NCBI GenBank assembly: GCA_002897775.1
Contig: BDTR01000032.1
Coordinates: 5,556-69,555 of the forward strand
DNA: 64,000 bases
Direction of reading: 5' to 3'
Source: a bacterium BMS3Bbin08
GTDB taxonomy: Bacteria > Nitrospirota > Thermodesulfovibrionia > UBA6902 > BMS3Bbin08
The position numbers and the translations under genes are program-made. The notes beneath the pieces are model-generated. The model worked only from the letters and a program-made list of their open reading frames with translations, ran no database searches and was not told where the DNA came from. Positions 55,291 to 64,000 of the stretch are shown here, piece by piece. The first letter of the stretch is position 1. Every line of letters starts with the position of its first letter.

Positions 55291-56181
55291 ATGATGAAGA
55301 TATTACTTACGACAGACGGTTCGGAGAACTCGGACGGAGCAGCGAAGTTTTTGAACAAACTCCAGTTTACTGCTGATGATGAGATTTCCATTTTCTATGT
55401 TATAGGCTGGGTTCCGATTTTAAGCGAATGGGAAGCTCTGTTCCCTGACTTCCAGGTGATGCGTAAGGATGTCGCTCCCAAAGTCCTTGAATCTTGTGAA
55501 AATATTTTAAAGACAGCTAAAGCAAAAGTAAGCAGTTCTTTTATGGAAGGCTATCCTGACAAATCCATAATTGATACTGCTGAAGACACGGGTGTTGACC
55601 TTGTTGTCATGGGGGCAAGGGGGAAAAGAGGTGTCGGCTCTTATATTGTAGGGAGTGTGACCAGGCTGGTTACGATCAATTCGCGCAAGCCTGTTCTTGT
55701 GATAAGGCCTTTGCAGTGGGGAATCTCCGGCAGCATAAAGATACTTTTTGCTACAGACGGGTCTGAACATTCTGATGCAATGGCAAAGTTGATTGCTTCA
55801 ATGCCTTTTCCTGATGATACGGAAATAACGGTCCTTAATGTTATACCTTCTCCGTTTGAGGACATACCGGAAAGATTTGCCATGGAGATCAATGACAGGA
55901 TCAAGAGAGCTGTGGCTGACGCAAGGACCAGGGAATTTAAAGAGTCAGGAGAGATAATTGAAAAAACCTGTCAACTTCTCAGTAATAAATACTCCAGGAT
56001 AGAAGATATGGCAAAGATCGGCGACCCCTCTGCAGAGATACTGAAAACAGCAGAGGCACTGAAAACCAATATCATCGCTGTCGGCAGCAGCGGAAGGAGA
56101 GGCATAAGGGGTGTTCTGGGCAGCGTATCAAGGCACATCCTGAACAGCTCCGCCTGTTCTGTTCTTATCGGTAAAAGCTGA
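55291..56181 (+). CDS. tandem universal stress protein (2x UspA)
   Basis: 296 aa. Two USP halves, each carrying a G-x2-G-x9-G(S/T) motif (VMGARGKRGVGSYIVGSVT; VGSSGRRGIRGVLGSVS). Confidence 0.75.
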   Translation: MMKILLTTDGSENSDGAAKFLNKLQFTADDEISIFYVIGWVPILSEWEALFPDFQVMRKDVAPKVLESCENILKTAKAKVSSSFMEGYPDKSIIDTAEDTGVDLVVMGARGKRGVGSYIVGSVTRLVTINSRKPVLVIRPLQWGISGSIKILFATDGSEHSDAMAKLIASMPFPDDTEITVLNVIPSPFEDIPERFAMEINDRIKRAVADARTREFKESGEIIEKTCQLLSNKYSRIEDMAKIGDPSAEILKTAEALKTNIIAVGSSGRRGIRGVLGSVSRHILNSSACSVLIGKS

Positions 56182-56249
56182 GTTGCGCTTTTTCCCCGAT
56201 CTTGACCTCTGCAGTATAAAATTGACCTGCATCCGTAGTTGTTTGACAG

Positions 56250-56666
56250 TTAGAACTTTATGACTTCGATGCCGTCTTCTCTTGTATTGTTTTCCAGTGT
56301 CCAGAAACGGGCGTGTCCGTGTGAGAGCCTTAGGAGCTTGAATTTCGGGTCATCAGCCGTAAACCCTTTAAGATAGTCTCTTTCGTTGATGAGTTGCTGT
56401 TTTTTTGCGGGGTCATCTATGACCTCGATCTTACCTGCAATGCGCATCATTTTACTGAAGTCCTGAGTGCAATAGCAGAGTTCAACCTTCGGATTTTTCA
56501 TCAATTGCCGGAAGACATTCTTGGTCGACGCGGTTGTGAAGTAGATGCTGTTATCGTCAAACAGAACTGTCAGGAACGCCCTTACACGCGGCTGGTCATC
56601 ATCCATTGTAGCAATACCGCATACCGGGTTCTCTCTCGCAAAGCTTATAACATCGTTGATAGACAT
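56250..56666 (-). CDS. pyridoxamine 5'-phosphate oxidase-like FMN-binding split-barrel family protein
   Basis: Start placed at ATG 56666 (MSINDVISFARENPV...) after GGGAGGT. PNPOx-like fold pattern. Confidence 0.6.
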   Translation of the reverse strand: MSINDVISFARENPVCGIATMDDDQPRVRAFLTVLFDDNSIYFTTASTKNVFRQLMKNPKVELCYCTQDFSKMMRIAGKIEVIDDPAKKQQLINERDYLKGFTADDPKFKLLRLSHGHARFWTLENNTREDGIEVIKF

Positions 56667-56775
56667 TGTTACCTCCCTTTTACCGCAGTCTTGAATTCCG
56701 GATCTTTCTGTCAGCTGCAGTATGAAGACAGAATAAATTTTTCTTTTCAAATACCTTTTTGATAAAAGTCCCTCC

Positions 56776-56931
56776 TTATTCGGTATATATTTTCTGGACT
56801 ATATCCCTGAACCAGGGCGGCTTTGCGAGTATCACATATATAAGGACCACCTCAAGGATCGGGACAGGGATCACCACATCCACTATACCCAGCAGGAGCA
56901 GGCCTATAATGTATTTTGTCTTAATGCTCAC
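56776..56931 (-). CDS. candidate 51-aa small membrane protein (GTG start), missed by the 60-aa ORF cutoff
   Basis: VSIKTKYIIGLLLLGIVDVVIPVPILEVVLIYVILAKPPWFRDIVQKIYTE. One long hydrophobic helix, purine-rich stretch upstream. Confidence 0.25.
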   Translation of the reverse strand: MSIKTKYIIGLLLLGIVDVVIPVPILEVVLIYVILAKPPWFRDIVQKIYTE

Positions 56932-57106
56932 GAATGAAATTTCTCTTTCTTCCGTTTTTACCGGTTTCTCCCATTATATCAAACGCTGCTGCCGGATTTA
57001 ACTGAAATTTGTTTTCCTGATTAAACCTTTTTCTGTTTCATGAATCTAATAAACTAAAAGCTGATAAAGGCCTTGTCAGAACTGAAACCAGCCATATAAG
57101 GAGGAG

Positions 57107-57439
57107 TTGACAATGAAAAAGAACATGGCATTAATAGCAGTACTGGCAATGATCCTGTTTACGACCCCCGCAATAGCAGGCAACACCTATGACCCGGGCG
57201 TTAACAAAAGACAGCGGGTCCAGCGCCACAGGATAGTTGACGGCGTTAAAAGCGGGGAACTGAACCGCAGGGAGGCATTCAGGCTCTCAAAAGAACAGGC
57301 GCATATAGCCGGGAAAGAGAGAGCTTTTAAATCCGACGGCACTCTTACAAAAAGAGAAAGAATTAACCTCCAACGCAGCCTTGACCGCTCAGGCAGGCAT
57401 ATTTTCAGGGAAAAGCACGACCGTCAGCACAGGCGCTAG
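57107..57439 (+). CDS. secreted basic hypothetical protein (signal peptide)
   Basis: 110 aa. Signal peptide MKKNMALIAVLAMILFTTPAIAG, highly basic mature part. RBS AGGAGT. Confidence 0.5.
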   Translation: MTMKKNMALIAVLAMILFTTPAIAGNTYDPGVNKRQRVQRHRIVDGVKSGELNRREAFRLSKEQAHIAGKERAFKSDGTLTKRERINLQRSLDRSGRHIFREKHDRQHRR

Positions 57440-57620
57440 TTGGGTTGAACGCTCAGATACGCGAGACTGCAGCAGGGGGAGAGATATGGACCATCGGCAG
57501 GTTCTTTTTCTCCCCCTGCTCCATGACTTCTCTTGACTTTGGCGGATGAATGTCCTATGTTTATGAGAAAGAAAAGATTTTTTCACGGACTATAAATCTT
57601 TATCATAAAAGGAGAGAGAA

Positions 57621-58277
57621 ATGAACAGGTTCATCTCATTATGTCTTATGGGCCTGCTGGCATTAACAACGGCGTGCGCTACCCCACAGACCAAGACACA
57701 AAAAGGCGCTGCATACGGAGCAGGGGGGGGCGCTGTGGCAGGGGCGATCGCCGGAGCGTTGATCGCGAAAGACACTGAAGGCGCACTTATTGGCGCTGCG
57801 ATAGGCGCGGCAGTGGGCGGTCTTGCGGGTGCCGGGGTCGGCAAAATGATGGACAATCAGGAAAGAGATCTTCGTCAGGCGCTTGCTGATTCAGAGGCGG
57901 CGGCTGTCCGCAGGGAGGGAAATCTCCTTACGGTCAGCCTAAAGGGAAATGTTACATTTGATTTTGACTCGGCCGTCGTAAAACCAGGGCTTTATTCAGA
58001 GATATACAAGATCGCGGATGCGCTTAACAGGTACCCCCGGACCTTAAGCAGTGTGGAAGGCCATACCGACAGTATAGGATCGGAATCCTATAATGTGGAC
58101 CTGTCAACGAGGCGGGCGACCGCAGTGAAAGATCTGCTTTTACAAAGAGGCGTTGCTCCCCACAGAGTTGAAGCAGTAGGCTATGGAGAGTCTATGCCTG
58201 TGGCTACGAATGAGACCGAGGCAGGCCGCCTTCAGAACAGGAGAGTGGAGATAAAGATCGCGCCTTCGAATTATTAA
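57621..58277 (+). CDS. OmpA-family lipoprotein with a glycine-zipper N-terminal region
   Basis: 218 aa. Lipobox LTTAC, Gly-zipper (GAAYGAGGGAVAGAIAGALIA), and an OmpA C-terminal domain (EGHTDSIGSESYNVDLSTRRA...NRRVEI). Confidence 0.8.
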   Translation: MNRFISLCLMGLLALTTACATPQTKTQKGAAYGAGGGAVAGAIAGALIAKDTEGALIGAAIGAAVGGLAGAGVGKMMDNQERDLRQALADSEAAAVRREGNLLTVSLKGNVTFDFDSAVVKPGLYSEIYKIADALNRYPRTLSSVEGHTDSIGSESYNVDLSTRRATAVKDLLLQRGVAPHRVEAVGYGESMPVATNETEAGRLQNRRVEIKIAPSNY

Positions 58278-58462
58278 GGCATTCCTGACATTAGTGTTTC
58301 CCCTGGAAACACAACGCAGGGATTTATCTATTATTAATATTCGTTCACTAACCCCATAACAAGTCTGCGACTTGTAGACTACGGGGTGCACGTTCACTGA
58401 ACGTTCAGGATTCCCTGTGGTCTTGCCACAGGGAAGATCAATAGCCCGGGCCTGTCCGGTTT

Positions 58463-58720
58463 TTATTCCCTGTTTTCTTCAAATTTTTTGAGAAGGACTT
58501 TTTTCTTTATCCGGCCATGCAGTGCTGAGCCGTCTTTGAACTCAAACACGGGTATGTCAAATCTGTAGAGCTCATAAAGCTCGTCATCAGAGTCGATCGC
58601 GACCTTGTTCACTTTGACATCGTACTTTTCAGTAACACCGTTCAGCATTTCCTCGGCAGTATCGCACAACCAGCAGCCGGCTTTATAATAAAAGGTCAAT
58701 CTGACCACGTTCTTTTCCAC
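58463..58720 (-). CDS. glutaredoxin-like / thioredoxin-fold small protein (CWLC active site)
   Basis: 85 aa. A CxxC motif (CWLC) in a short thioredoxin-fold-sized protein. Confidence 0.6.
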   Translation of the reverse strand: MEKNVVRLTFYYKAGCWLCDTAEEMLNGVTEKYDVKVNKVAIDSDDELYELYRFDIPVFEFKDGSALHGRIKKKVLLKKFEENRE

Positions 58721-58813
58721 CTATATTCGCATATGAGGATAACATTAAGTCGCAATGAGAGGCAGGAAACACATTCTCATCAGCCGGTAATGTCCTGGAT
58801 CAGGCCGTTACCG

Positions 58814-59386
58814 CTATTCTTTAAAACCCAGGAAAGCGAGGAACTCGTTTTTTCCGCCTTTTTCAGCCCGTTTGTTCCACTTCGTGAGTTTTCTCTCGAA
58901 AGAGTCGGTCTCAATAACATCCTGTACCGCATAGTTCAGGATCTTTTTAAGCGGTTTTTGCTTGCCATAGGTATACTTACAGCTGACAGACTTGTCCAGG
59001 ATGATGTCCCTTATGTTTATTTCGTCCAGCTTGTTCTCTTCAGTGATCGTCAGTTCAAGAGGGTATGTACGGCATAATATCGGTCTGGCCTCGTAAACAG
59101 TGCATTGCCGGTCCTTTGAAAGGAATATGCAGCGTTCGTCAAGTTTCCTTAATCCCATGATACGTTTTCCATATGACAGATATATCAGGTCTTCTTCTAT
59201 CTCGTCCTGGTCGATGAAGTCTGAGCACGTATACAGTTTTACGAGGTTGCGGGCCGGTTTGCCGGTGTGTTTGACCAGCCTGCGCAGATCGTGGTGAGTG
59301 ACCGTGGCGATCGGATCTGAGCAGCACGTGCCGCATTGCGCGCAATGAACCTTTAATAACTTTTTTAACCGTTCGTTCTTTTTCAT
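58814..59386 (-). CDS. YkgJ-family cysteine-cluster (CxxCxxCC) protein
   Basis: 190 aa. CAQCGTCCSD motif plus a second Cys cluster (CIFLSKDRQC...ILCRTYP). Confidence 0.7.
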   Translation of the reverse strand: MKKNERLKKLLKVHCAQCGTCCSDPIATVTHHDLRRLVKHTGKPARNLVKLYTCSDFIDQDEIEEDLIYLSYGKRIMGLRKLDERCIFLSKDRQCTVYEARPILCRTYPLELTITEENKLDEINIRDIILDKSVSCKYTYGKQKPLKKILNYAVQDVIETDSFERKLTKWNKRAEKGGKNEFLAFLGFKE

Positions 59387-59504
59387 AGTCTTCTCCTGTT
59401 CATAATATAGTGAACTACACTTAATCCGTTACTGAGGGCCAGAGATAAATGGAGGTTGTACCCCGCGGATCTCTCACTGCATAATTGTAACTTTTTGCGG
59501 TATC

Positions 59505-60347
59505 TTAACGCCATTCATTCGGAACAGCGTTCTTGCTGGCATAAACCCAAAGTCTGTCATAAAGGTCCTGGGCTTCTTTATACTGCGTGTCAGCAAAATC
59601 CTTTAGCTGTCTGAGTTTTTTTGAATCATCTTTCTGTGTGTCAAGATACTTCCTGTATTCCTTCCATGATGATCTCATCGATTTAAACTTTTGAAATGTC
59701 ATCCTCCACCATGTCTCATCATGTCCGCCAGGCATCCTGGGGTCCGGCGGAAGCTCCTCAAGCACAACCACGTGTTTCCCTGTATCGATCCTTATGGAGT
59801 AATTTGCCATAAAGTCCATTCCGATCAGTCCCTCGAAATCGTCAGAGATCGCCGGTGATACAACTGTCGGAACAAAATTATCTCTGGCTTCGCCTACCTG
59901 CACGCTATCTATAATAGTGTAGACAGCGGGGATCAGACCGCCTATGCCGCCGACTGTGACCCACAGTTTATCCCCGCCCCTTTTAAAAATACCGAGTTTT
60001 TCCGCCAGGCTCCGGGAGATATGCATACCGGGGGCTCCTGTATCAAGGAGCATCGGCACTGTATAGCGGCGGTTGAACGTCACAGGGATAATGATCCTCC
60101 TGGCTGTTCCTTCATACGCCTTGTATGGGATCACGTAACGTTTGAGTTCCTGTTCGTCCTGTCTGTCGTAGGCTGAGCTTCTGTCTAAACCATCGTTACC
60201 GGCGTGTGACGAACCAGAGGGGTATGTATATTTTTCAAGGTCCCCGTCTCCGAAACTTCGGACCTTGTTTTGACCGCCGTCATTTCCCGCAAAAGCAGGG
60301 GGCAGGGCAAGTGTAAATATCAGTACGGTTAATATAAGTTTATTCAT
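59505..60347 (-). CDS. secreted retropepsin-like (clan AA) aspartyl protease domain protein
   Basis: 280 aa. Signal peptide, the catalytic motif LLDTGAPGMHIS, and a second hydrophobic-Gly region. Confidence 0.6.
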   Translation of the reverse strand: MNKLILTVLIFTLALPPAFAGNDGGQNKVRSFGDGDLEKYTYPSGSSHAGNDGLDRSSAYDRQDEQELKRYVIPYKAYEGTARRIIIPVTFNRRYTVPMLLDTGAPGMHISRSLAEKLGIFKRGGDKLWVTVGGIGGLIPAVYTIIDSVQVGEARDNFVPTVVSPAISDDFEGLIGMDFMANYSIRIDTGKHVVVLEELPPDPRMPGGHDETWWRMTFQKFKSMRSSWKEYRKYLDTQKDDSKKLRQLKDFADTQYKEAQDLYDRLWVYASKNAVPNEWR

Positions 60348-60449
60348 GTGGTTCTAATTATAACAGGCTTACGTTGCAGTTCTTCAGGTGTTTTTCTTTG
60401 CAGTGTAATAAGCCCTGTGGAATACCCGGTATGGGCCCAAATATTTTTT

Positions 60450-60629
60450 CTATGCCATTTCGACTGAGATCAGGATATATTCATCCTTCTTTTTAAAATA
60501 CATGACAGCTCTTCCGTCTTCATTTTCGTAGACAATAACGTCGTTACCGAATTCTTTTACCATCTTTAACTTCATCTTCTGTGTCCTTACCAGCTTTCCG
60601 CCTTCTATGATCTGTACTTCAGCGTACAT
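60450..60629 (-). CDS. unannotated 59-aa hypothetical protein with a strong RBS
   Basis: MYAEVQIIEGGKLVRTQKMKLKMVKEFGNDVIVYENEDGRAVMYFKKKDEYILISVEMA. AAAAAGGAGG lies 5 nt upstream of the ATG. One codon under the ORF-track cutoff. Confidence 0.4.
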   Translation of the reverse strand: MYAEVQIIEGGKLVRTQKMKLKMVKEFGNDVIVYENEDGRAVMYFKKKDEYILISVEMA

Positions 60630-60785
60630 ATAGCCTCCTTTTTAAAACAGTTGAGAAGCAATTTGCCGACATGTTTCTTATTCAATTATATCAGACGTGA
60701 ATTCCTGTTGACCAGCAGGGTTATATTCCGGAGGGCAGGGCGTGTCTGAAGTTTGTGCCTAACGCGCAAGTTTGAAAAATAAGGG

Positions 60786-62423
60786 TTACGCCATCTTCTT
60801 GTTTATTTTCTGTTCGTACATCAGCCTGTCTGCCTGGATCAGCAGTTCATCTATCGTATACGGGCACCTGCCTTTATGATGTACTATACCTACACTTATG
60901 ACCAGCTTGTAGCCGCGGTCTTGTCTTCCGGCGTTATAGGTCTCAAGCTGCCGCATGAAACGATCATTAAGCATCCGGGCATTTTTATCGGTCAGTTCGA
61001 TCGGAAAGACCACGAATTCATCGCCGCCTATCCGGGCGATTATGTCAGACTCCCTGAAGACCTGCTTGAGGATGTTAGCGGTCTCGATCAAAGCCCGGTC
61101 ACCTTCCTTATGTCCGAATTTATCATTGATCCACTTCATCCCGTCCAGGTCGGCGTACAGCATTAGCACGCCTTTGTTAAGCCGGTTGGCGATCTTTAAC
61201 TGTTGGGAAGATAAGGTAAGAAATCCCCGCCTGTTGTAAAGGCCGGTCAGTTCATCAGTAAGGCTGAGTGAGCGCAGTTCCTCCTCCAGCTTATGACGCT
61301 TGGTGAAGTCCCTTACAATATGAACGACTCCGATTATGTTGTTGTCTTTATCAAACCGGGGCAGAGCCTTTATCTCAATGTATTTGTTCAGGTTTGGTTC
61401 GAACAGTTCAGTGGTGGATGGTATGCCGGTTTTTAAGGTCTGGCAGCTGGGGCAGCCTTCAGGCGGGCAGGTTGTGCCGTGGTAGGACAGGTAGCATTTC
61501 TGGCTTAAGAGCGTCTTAAAGGACTTGCCGAGCATTGTTTCAGCTGCCTTGTTGGCGCGTATGATATTAAAGTCAGAGTCATGGACGGTTATCGCTTCGT
61601 TGATAATGTCGAAAGTCTCTTCCCATTCTTTTTTCGCATTAATGATCATCTCCTGCAGCTTTTTATGCTCGGTTATATCCCGGAAAACCAGGACAACACC
61701 TGTGATATTGCCCTTTTCATCCCTGATCGGCGCGCCGCTGTCATCTATCGGTCTTTTGGCGCCGTCCCTGGCTATCAGTATCGTTTGATCAGTCAGGCCG
61801 ACAACCGTTCTTTCCCGGAGCACTTTTTTTACCGGACTTTCAGCTCTTTCCCCTGTTTCTTCGTTTATGATATTAAACACTTCTTCGATCGTTTTTCCTT
61901 TGGCCTCTTCCTGTTTCCAGCCGGTCAGCTTTTCGGCAACAGGATTTATGAACATTATCCGGCCGTCCATATCAGTGGCGATCATTGCGTCACCAATGCT
62001 TTTAAGTACGGTGGAAAGCCATTCCTGGCTTTCCTTAACTTTTTTCTCCATCCCGTGTTTATAAAGAGCCGTCTCTATGACGCTGTATAATTCCCTGTCC
62101 TCGAAAGGTTTGATAAGGTAACCAAAAGGCTCTGTGACCTTTGCGCGGGAGAGGGTATCGTCGTCCGCGTACGCGGTAAGATATATTACTGGTATGTTCA
62201 ATTTTGCGCGTATCTGGCCGGCAACATCGATACCGTTCATTTCTCCCTGCAGCACAATATCCATAAGAACCAGGTCCGGCCTGAACTTTGTCGCCTTTTT
62301 AATGGCCTCTTCTCCTCTGGATACAACCGCCGGCACCTTGTAACCCATGCCCTGGAGGCTCATTTTTATGTCCTCAGCCACGATACTTTCATCTTCAACG
62401 ATCATGATCTGTTTTTTAGCCAT
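60786..62423 (-). CDS. response regulator receiver, two PAS domains, GGDEF diguanylate cyclase
   Basis: 545 aa. Receiver (IMIVEDESIV...LVLMDIVLQGEMNG), PAS modules, and the GGDEF active site RIGGDEFVV. Confidence 0.85.
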   Translation of the reverse strand: MAKKQIMIVEDESIVAEDIKMSLQGMGYKVPAVVSRGEEAIKKATKFRPDLVLMDIVLQGEMNGIDVAGQIRAKLNIPVIYLTAYADDDTLSRAKVTEPFGYLIKPFEDRELYSVIETALYKHGMEKKVKESQEWLSTVLKSIGDAMIATDMDGRIMFINPVAEKLTGWKQEEAKGKTIEEVFNIINEETGERAESPVKKVLRERTVVGLTDQTILIARDGAKRPIDDSGAPIRDEKGNITGVVLVFRDITEHKKLQEMIINAKKEWEETFDIINEAITVHDSDFNIIRANKAAETMLGKSFKTLLSQKCYLSYHGTTCPPEGCPSCQTLKTGIPSTTELFEPNLNKYIEIKALPRFDKDNNIIGVVHIVRDFTKRHKLEEELRSLSLTDELTGLYNRRGFLTLSSQQLKIANRLNKGVLMLYADLDGMKWINDKFGHKEGDRALIETANILKQVFRESDIIARIGGDEFVVFPIELTDKNARMLNDRFMRQLETYNAGRQDRGYKLVISVGIVHHKGRCPYTIDELLIQADRLMYEQKINKKMA

Positions 62424-62655
62424 TATCCTGTGATCCCTCTTTGTAAATGGAACAGGGAATGCGAATACTTAACCCCGGATGCCTATCAATTTCTTAATAT
62501 ATTCTATCATAATAAGCAATCACGGTTGATGTTAAATAGAGGGGAAATATCGCATCAGAGACCTTTACCACCTGCGGGTCGAAATGCGGGCCTGAGTTCT
62601 CGATTATTTCCTTCCTTGCGTCAAAGGGTGACTGAGCCTGTCAATAACCGCTTGT

Positions 62656-63999
62656 TTAAACCTTCAGGTTCAGTGTCGGCAGTCCTATTCTCTGCCTGCT
62701 GTTTTCGCCTTTGAACAGGTCGGTCATTCTTCCTGGTATATCGCCTCTTTCCCCTTTATGCCGTGCCTGTAGTTTCGCGGGCCGGGATCGACTCGTACCG
62801 AGCAGGCTGGCGGCGTGCTGAACAGTATGTTTGCCAAAGCGTGCAGATAGTTTATCTACGGTATGATAAATTTTAGACATTTTCTCTATTCTTGCCGTAT
62901 CATCGAACAGGGAGAACTGGATTCGGCTGTCAGGCATCAGGCCGCCGAGCACAACACCGGTCAGACGATAGGGCATGCCGGGCTGATAGACATGGCGAAA
63001 GCCTTGCCGTAACGGGTCGAACAGTTCGGCGGGGTAGGCAGTGGAACGGTTTAATTTAAGCTCAATGCCGATATCCCTGAAATCTTTTTTCCTGAGAAAT
63101 ATAATAAGCCGTGTTGCCGTAAGCTTATGCCGCCGTGCCTTGATGCAGGCATTCTCCAGGTTTTTGGAAAGCTGGGCAAAGACGAATGCTTCCTCAGTTG
63201 AGGGCGGGGTGAATGTTCTTGTCTTGCTTATCGACTGATAACTGCTCTTTGATTCGGTTACAACCGGGTAAACGCTTTTACCGTTCAGCTCGCTCCAGAT
63301 CTCCTGATATGGTTTGGACAGGTGTTTCCTGATAAACCCTTCATCTTTCCTTGCGAGCTCCAACGCGGTGGTTATTCCCAGTTTCCTTAGAAATGCCGCT
63401 GTATTCGGCCCTATGCCCCAGACCTTTTCCAGAGGCAGTTTATCCAGGTAAAGATGTATATCTCTTCCGGGTATCACTGTAAGTCCGCGCGGTTTGTTAT
63501 GATTTGAGCCTATCTTGCTGAGGACCTTTGTGAGGCTTATTCCCGCGGATACAGTGATCCCGAGCTCGCCTTTTATTGTTTTCTGGATCTCACCGGCGAT
63601 CCTGCTGTAAGGTCCGTGAAAGCTCCTTCTCAGGCCTGTAAGGTCGATAAAAGCCTCGTCTATGGAGTATTCCTCCACATCAGGGGAGAAGCGCCTTAGT
63701 ATATCGAACATCCGCACAGAGAACAGGCTGTAGGTCTCGTAATCAGAAGGAATGAGTATAACGTCAGGGCAGACCTTCTTTGCCTCGAAAAGTCTCATGC
63801 CTCTTTTGATCCCCCTGGCCTTTGCTTCGTAACTGGCGGCAGTAACTATTCCGCGCTCCCTGCCTGTGATAACAGGTTTTCCCCTGAGCTTCGGGTTGAT
63901 TGCCTGTTCACAGGATGCAAAAAAGGCGTCGGCATCCACGTGAAGGATGGCGCCTGGCCAGGAATGTATGGTTAAAGGCTGACTGGTCATTTTCCTCAT
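62656..63999 (-). CDS. Y-family DNA polymerase (UmuC/DinB-like); the start sits at the window edge and may extend beyond it
   Basis: 447 aa. N-terminus LHVDADAFFASCEQAINPKLRGKPVIT...YSIDEAFIDLTG, the Y-family palm signature. Confidence 0.8.
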   Translation of the reverse strand: MRKMTSQPLTIHSWPGAILHVDADAFFASCEQAINPKLRGKPVITGRERGIVTAASYEAKARGIKRGMRLFEAKKVCPDVILIPSDYETYSLFSVRMFDILRRFSPDVEEYSIDEAFIDLTGLRRSFHGPYSRIAGEIQKTIKGELGITVSAGISLTKVLSKIGSNHNKPRGLTVIPGRDIHLYLDKLPLEKVWGIGPNTAAFLRKLGITTALELARKDEGFIRKHLSKPYQEIWSELNGKSVYPVVTESKSSYQSISKTRTFTPPSTEEAFVFAQLSKNLENACIKARRHKLTATRLIIFLRKKDFRDIGIELKLNRSTAYPAELFDPLRQGFRHVYQPGMPYRLTGVVLGGLMPDSRIQFSLFDDTARIEKMSKIYHTVDKLSARFGKHTVQHAASLLGTSRSRPAKLQARHKGERGDIPGRMTDLFKGENSRQRIGLPTLNLKV

Positions 64000-64000
64000 T

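Noticed and set aside
56759-57001. 80-aa plus-strand ORF
   Set aside because: It has no RBS or motifs and overlaps a more plausible minus-strand small membrane ORF. I treat it as spurious.

Overview
This 64 kb window looks like chromosome from an anaerobic, selenium-using bacterium. The operon layout (ilvBNC-psd-pssA-leuA-leuCD) resembles Deltaproteobacteria/Geobacter-type genomes. I saw no rRNA, CRISPR array, transposase or integrase.

In order, the window holds:
(1) A branched-chain amino-acid and phospholipid operon: ilvB (5' end outside the window), ilvN, ilvC, psd, pssA, leuA, leuC, leuD.
(2) A radical-SAM activase-like gene and a DsrE/YedF-like gene.
(3) A selenium/nickel locus. It carries a tRNA with the full bacterial tRNA-Sec architecture (8-bp acceptor stem, 6-bp D-stem with a 4-nt loop, a roughly 26-nt variable arm, 5-bp T-stem) but a Cys anticodon GCA and discriminator U73. 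That combination matches a selC-like tRNA-Cys. Immediately downstream is a 42-codon remnant of a molybdopterin-oxidoreductase (formate-dehydrogenase-like) N-terminus. A LysR regulator follows. selD is a selenoprotein: its true start is 73 codons upstream of the six-frame call, across an in-frame UGA with a SECIS-like hairpin. It sits divergent from nikR and a NikMN-NikQ-NikO nickel ECF transporter. A 28-nt motif is conserved upstream of both lysR and selD/nikR.
(4) A heme cluster: hemW, an AhbD/NirJ-like radical SAM gene, hemE, a large multi-PAS/GAF protein with no output domain, hemH and hemY.
(5) An accessory-looking signalling island at about 28-46.4 kb, bounded by two near-identical sensor-kinase/single-domain-receiver pairs. 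It contains USP and TauE/SafE genes, a third receiver paralog, two tandem PEP-synthase-like phosphotransferase paralogs (ATP-grasp plus swivel-His, no PEP-binding barrel), and two translationally coupled membrane proteins that fuse a T2SS-E N-terminal-like domain to repeated DUF202/YidH modules.
(6) A PilZ protein, an MFS transporter, an AbrB-like protein, a LolA-like/FtsX/FtsX/ABC-ATPase/outer-membrane-protein cluster, a decayed stretch with GAF and c-type-cytochrome fragments, USP genes, an OmpA-like lipoprotein, small redox proteins, a retropepsin-like protease, a receiver-PAS-GGDEF protein and a Y-family polymerase at the window edge.

Almost every intergenic spacer is built from short degenerate AT-rich word repeats, and a family of GC-clamped hairpins sits just after stop codons.
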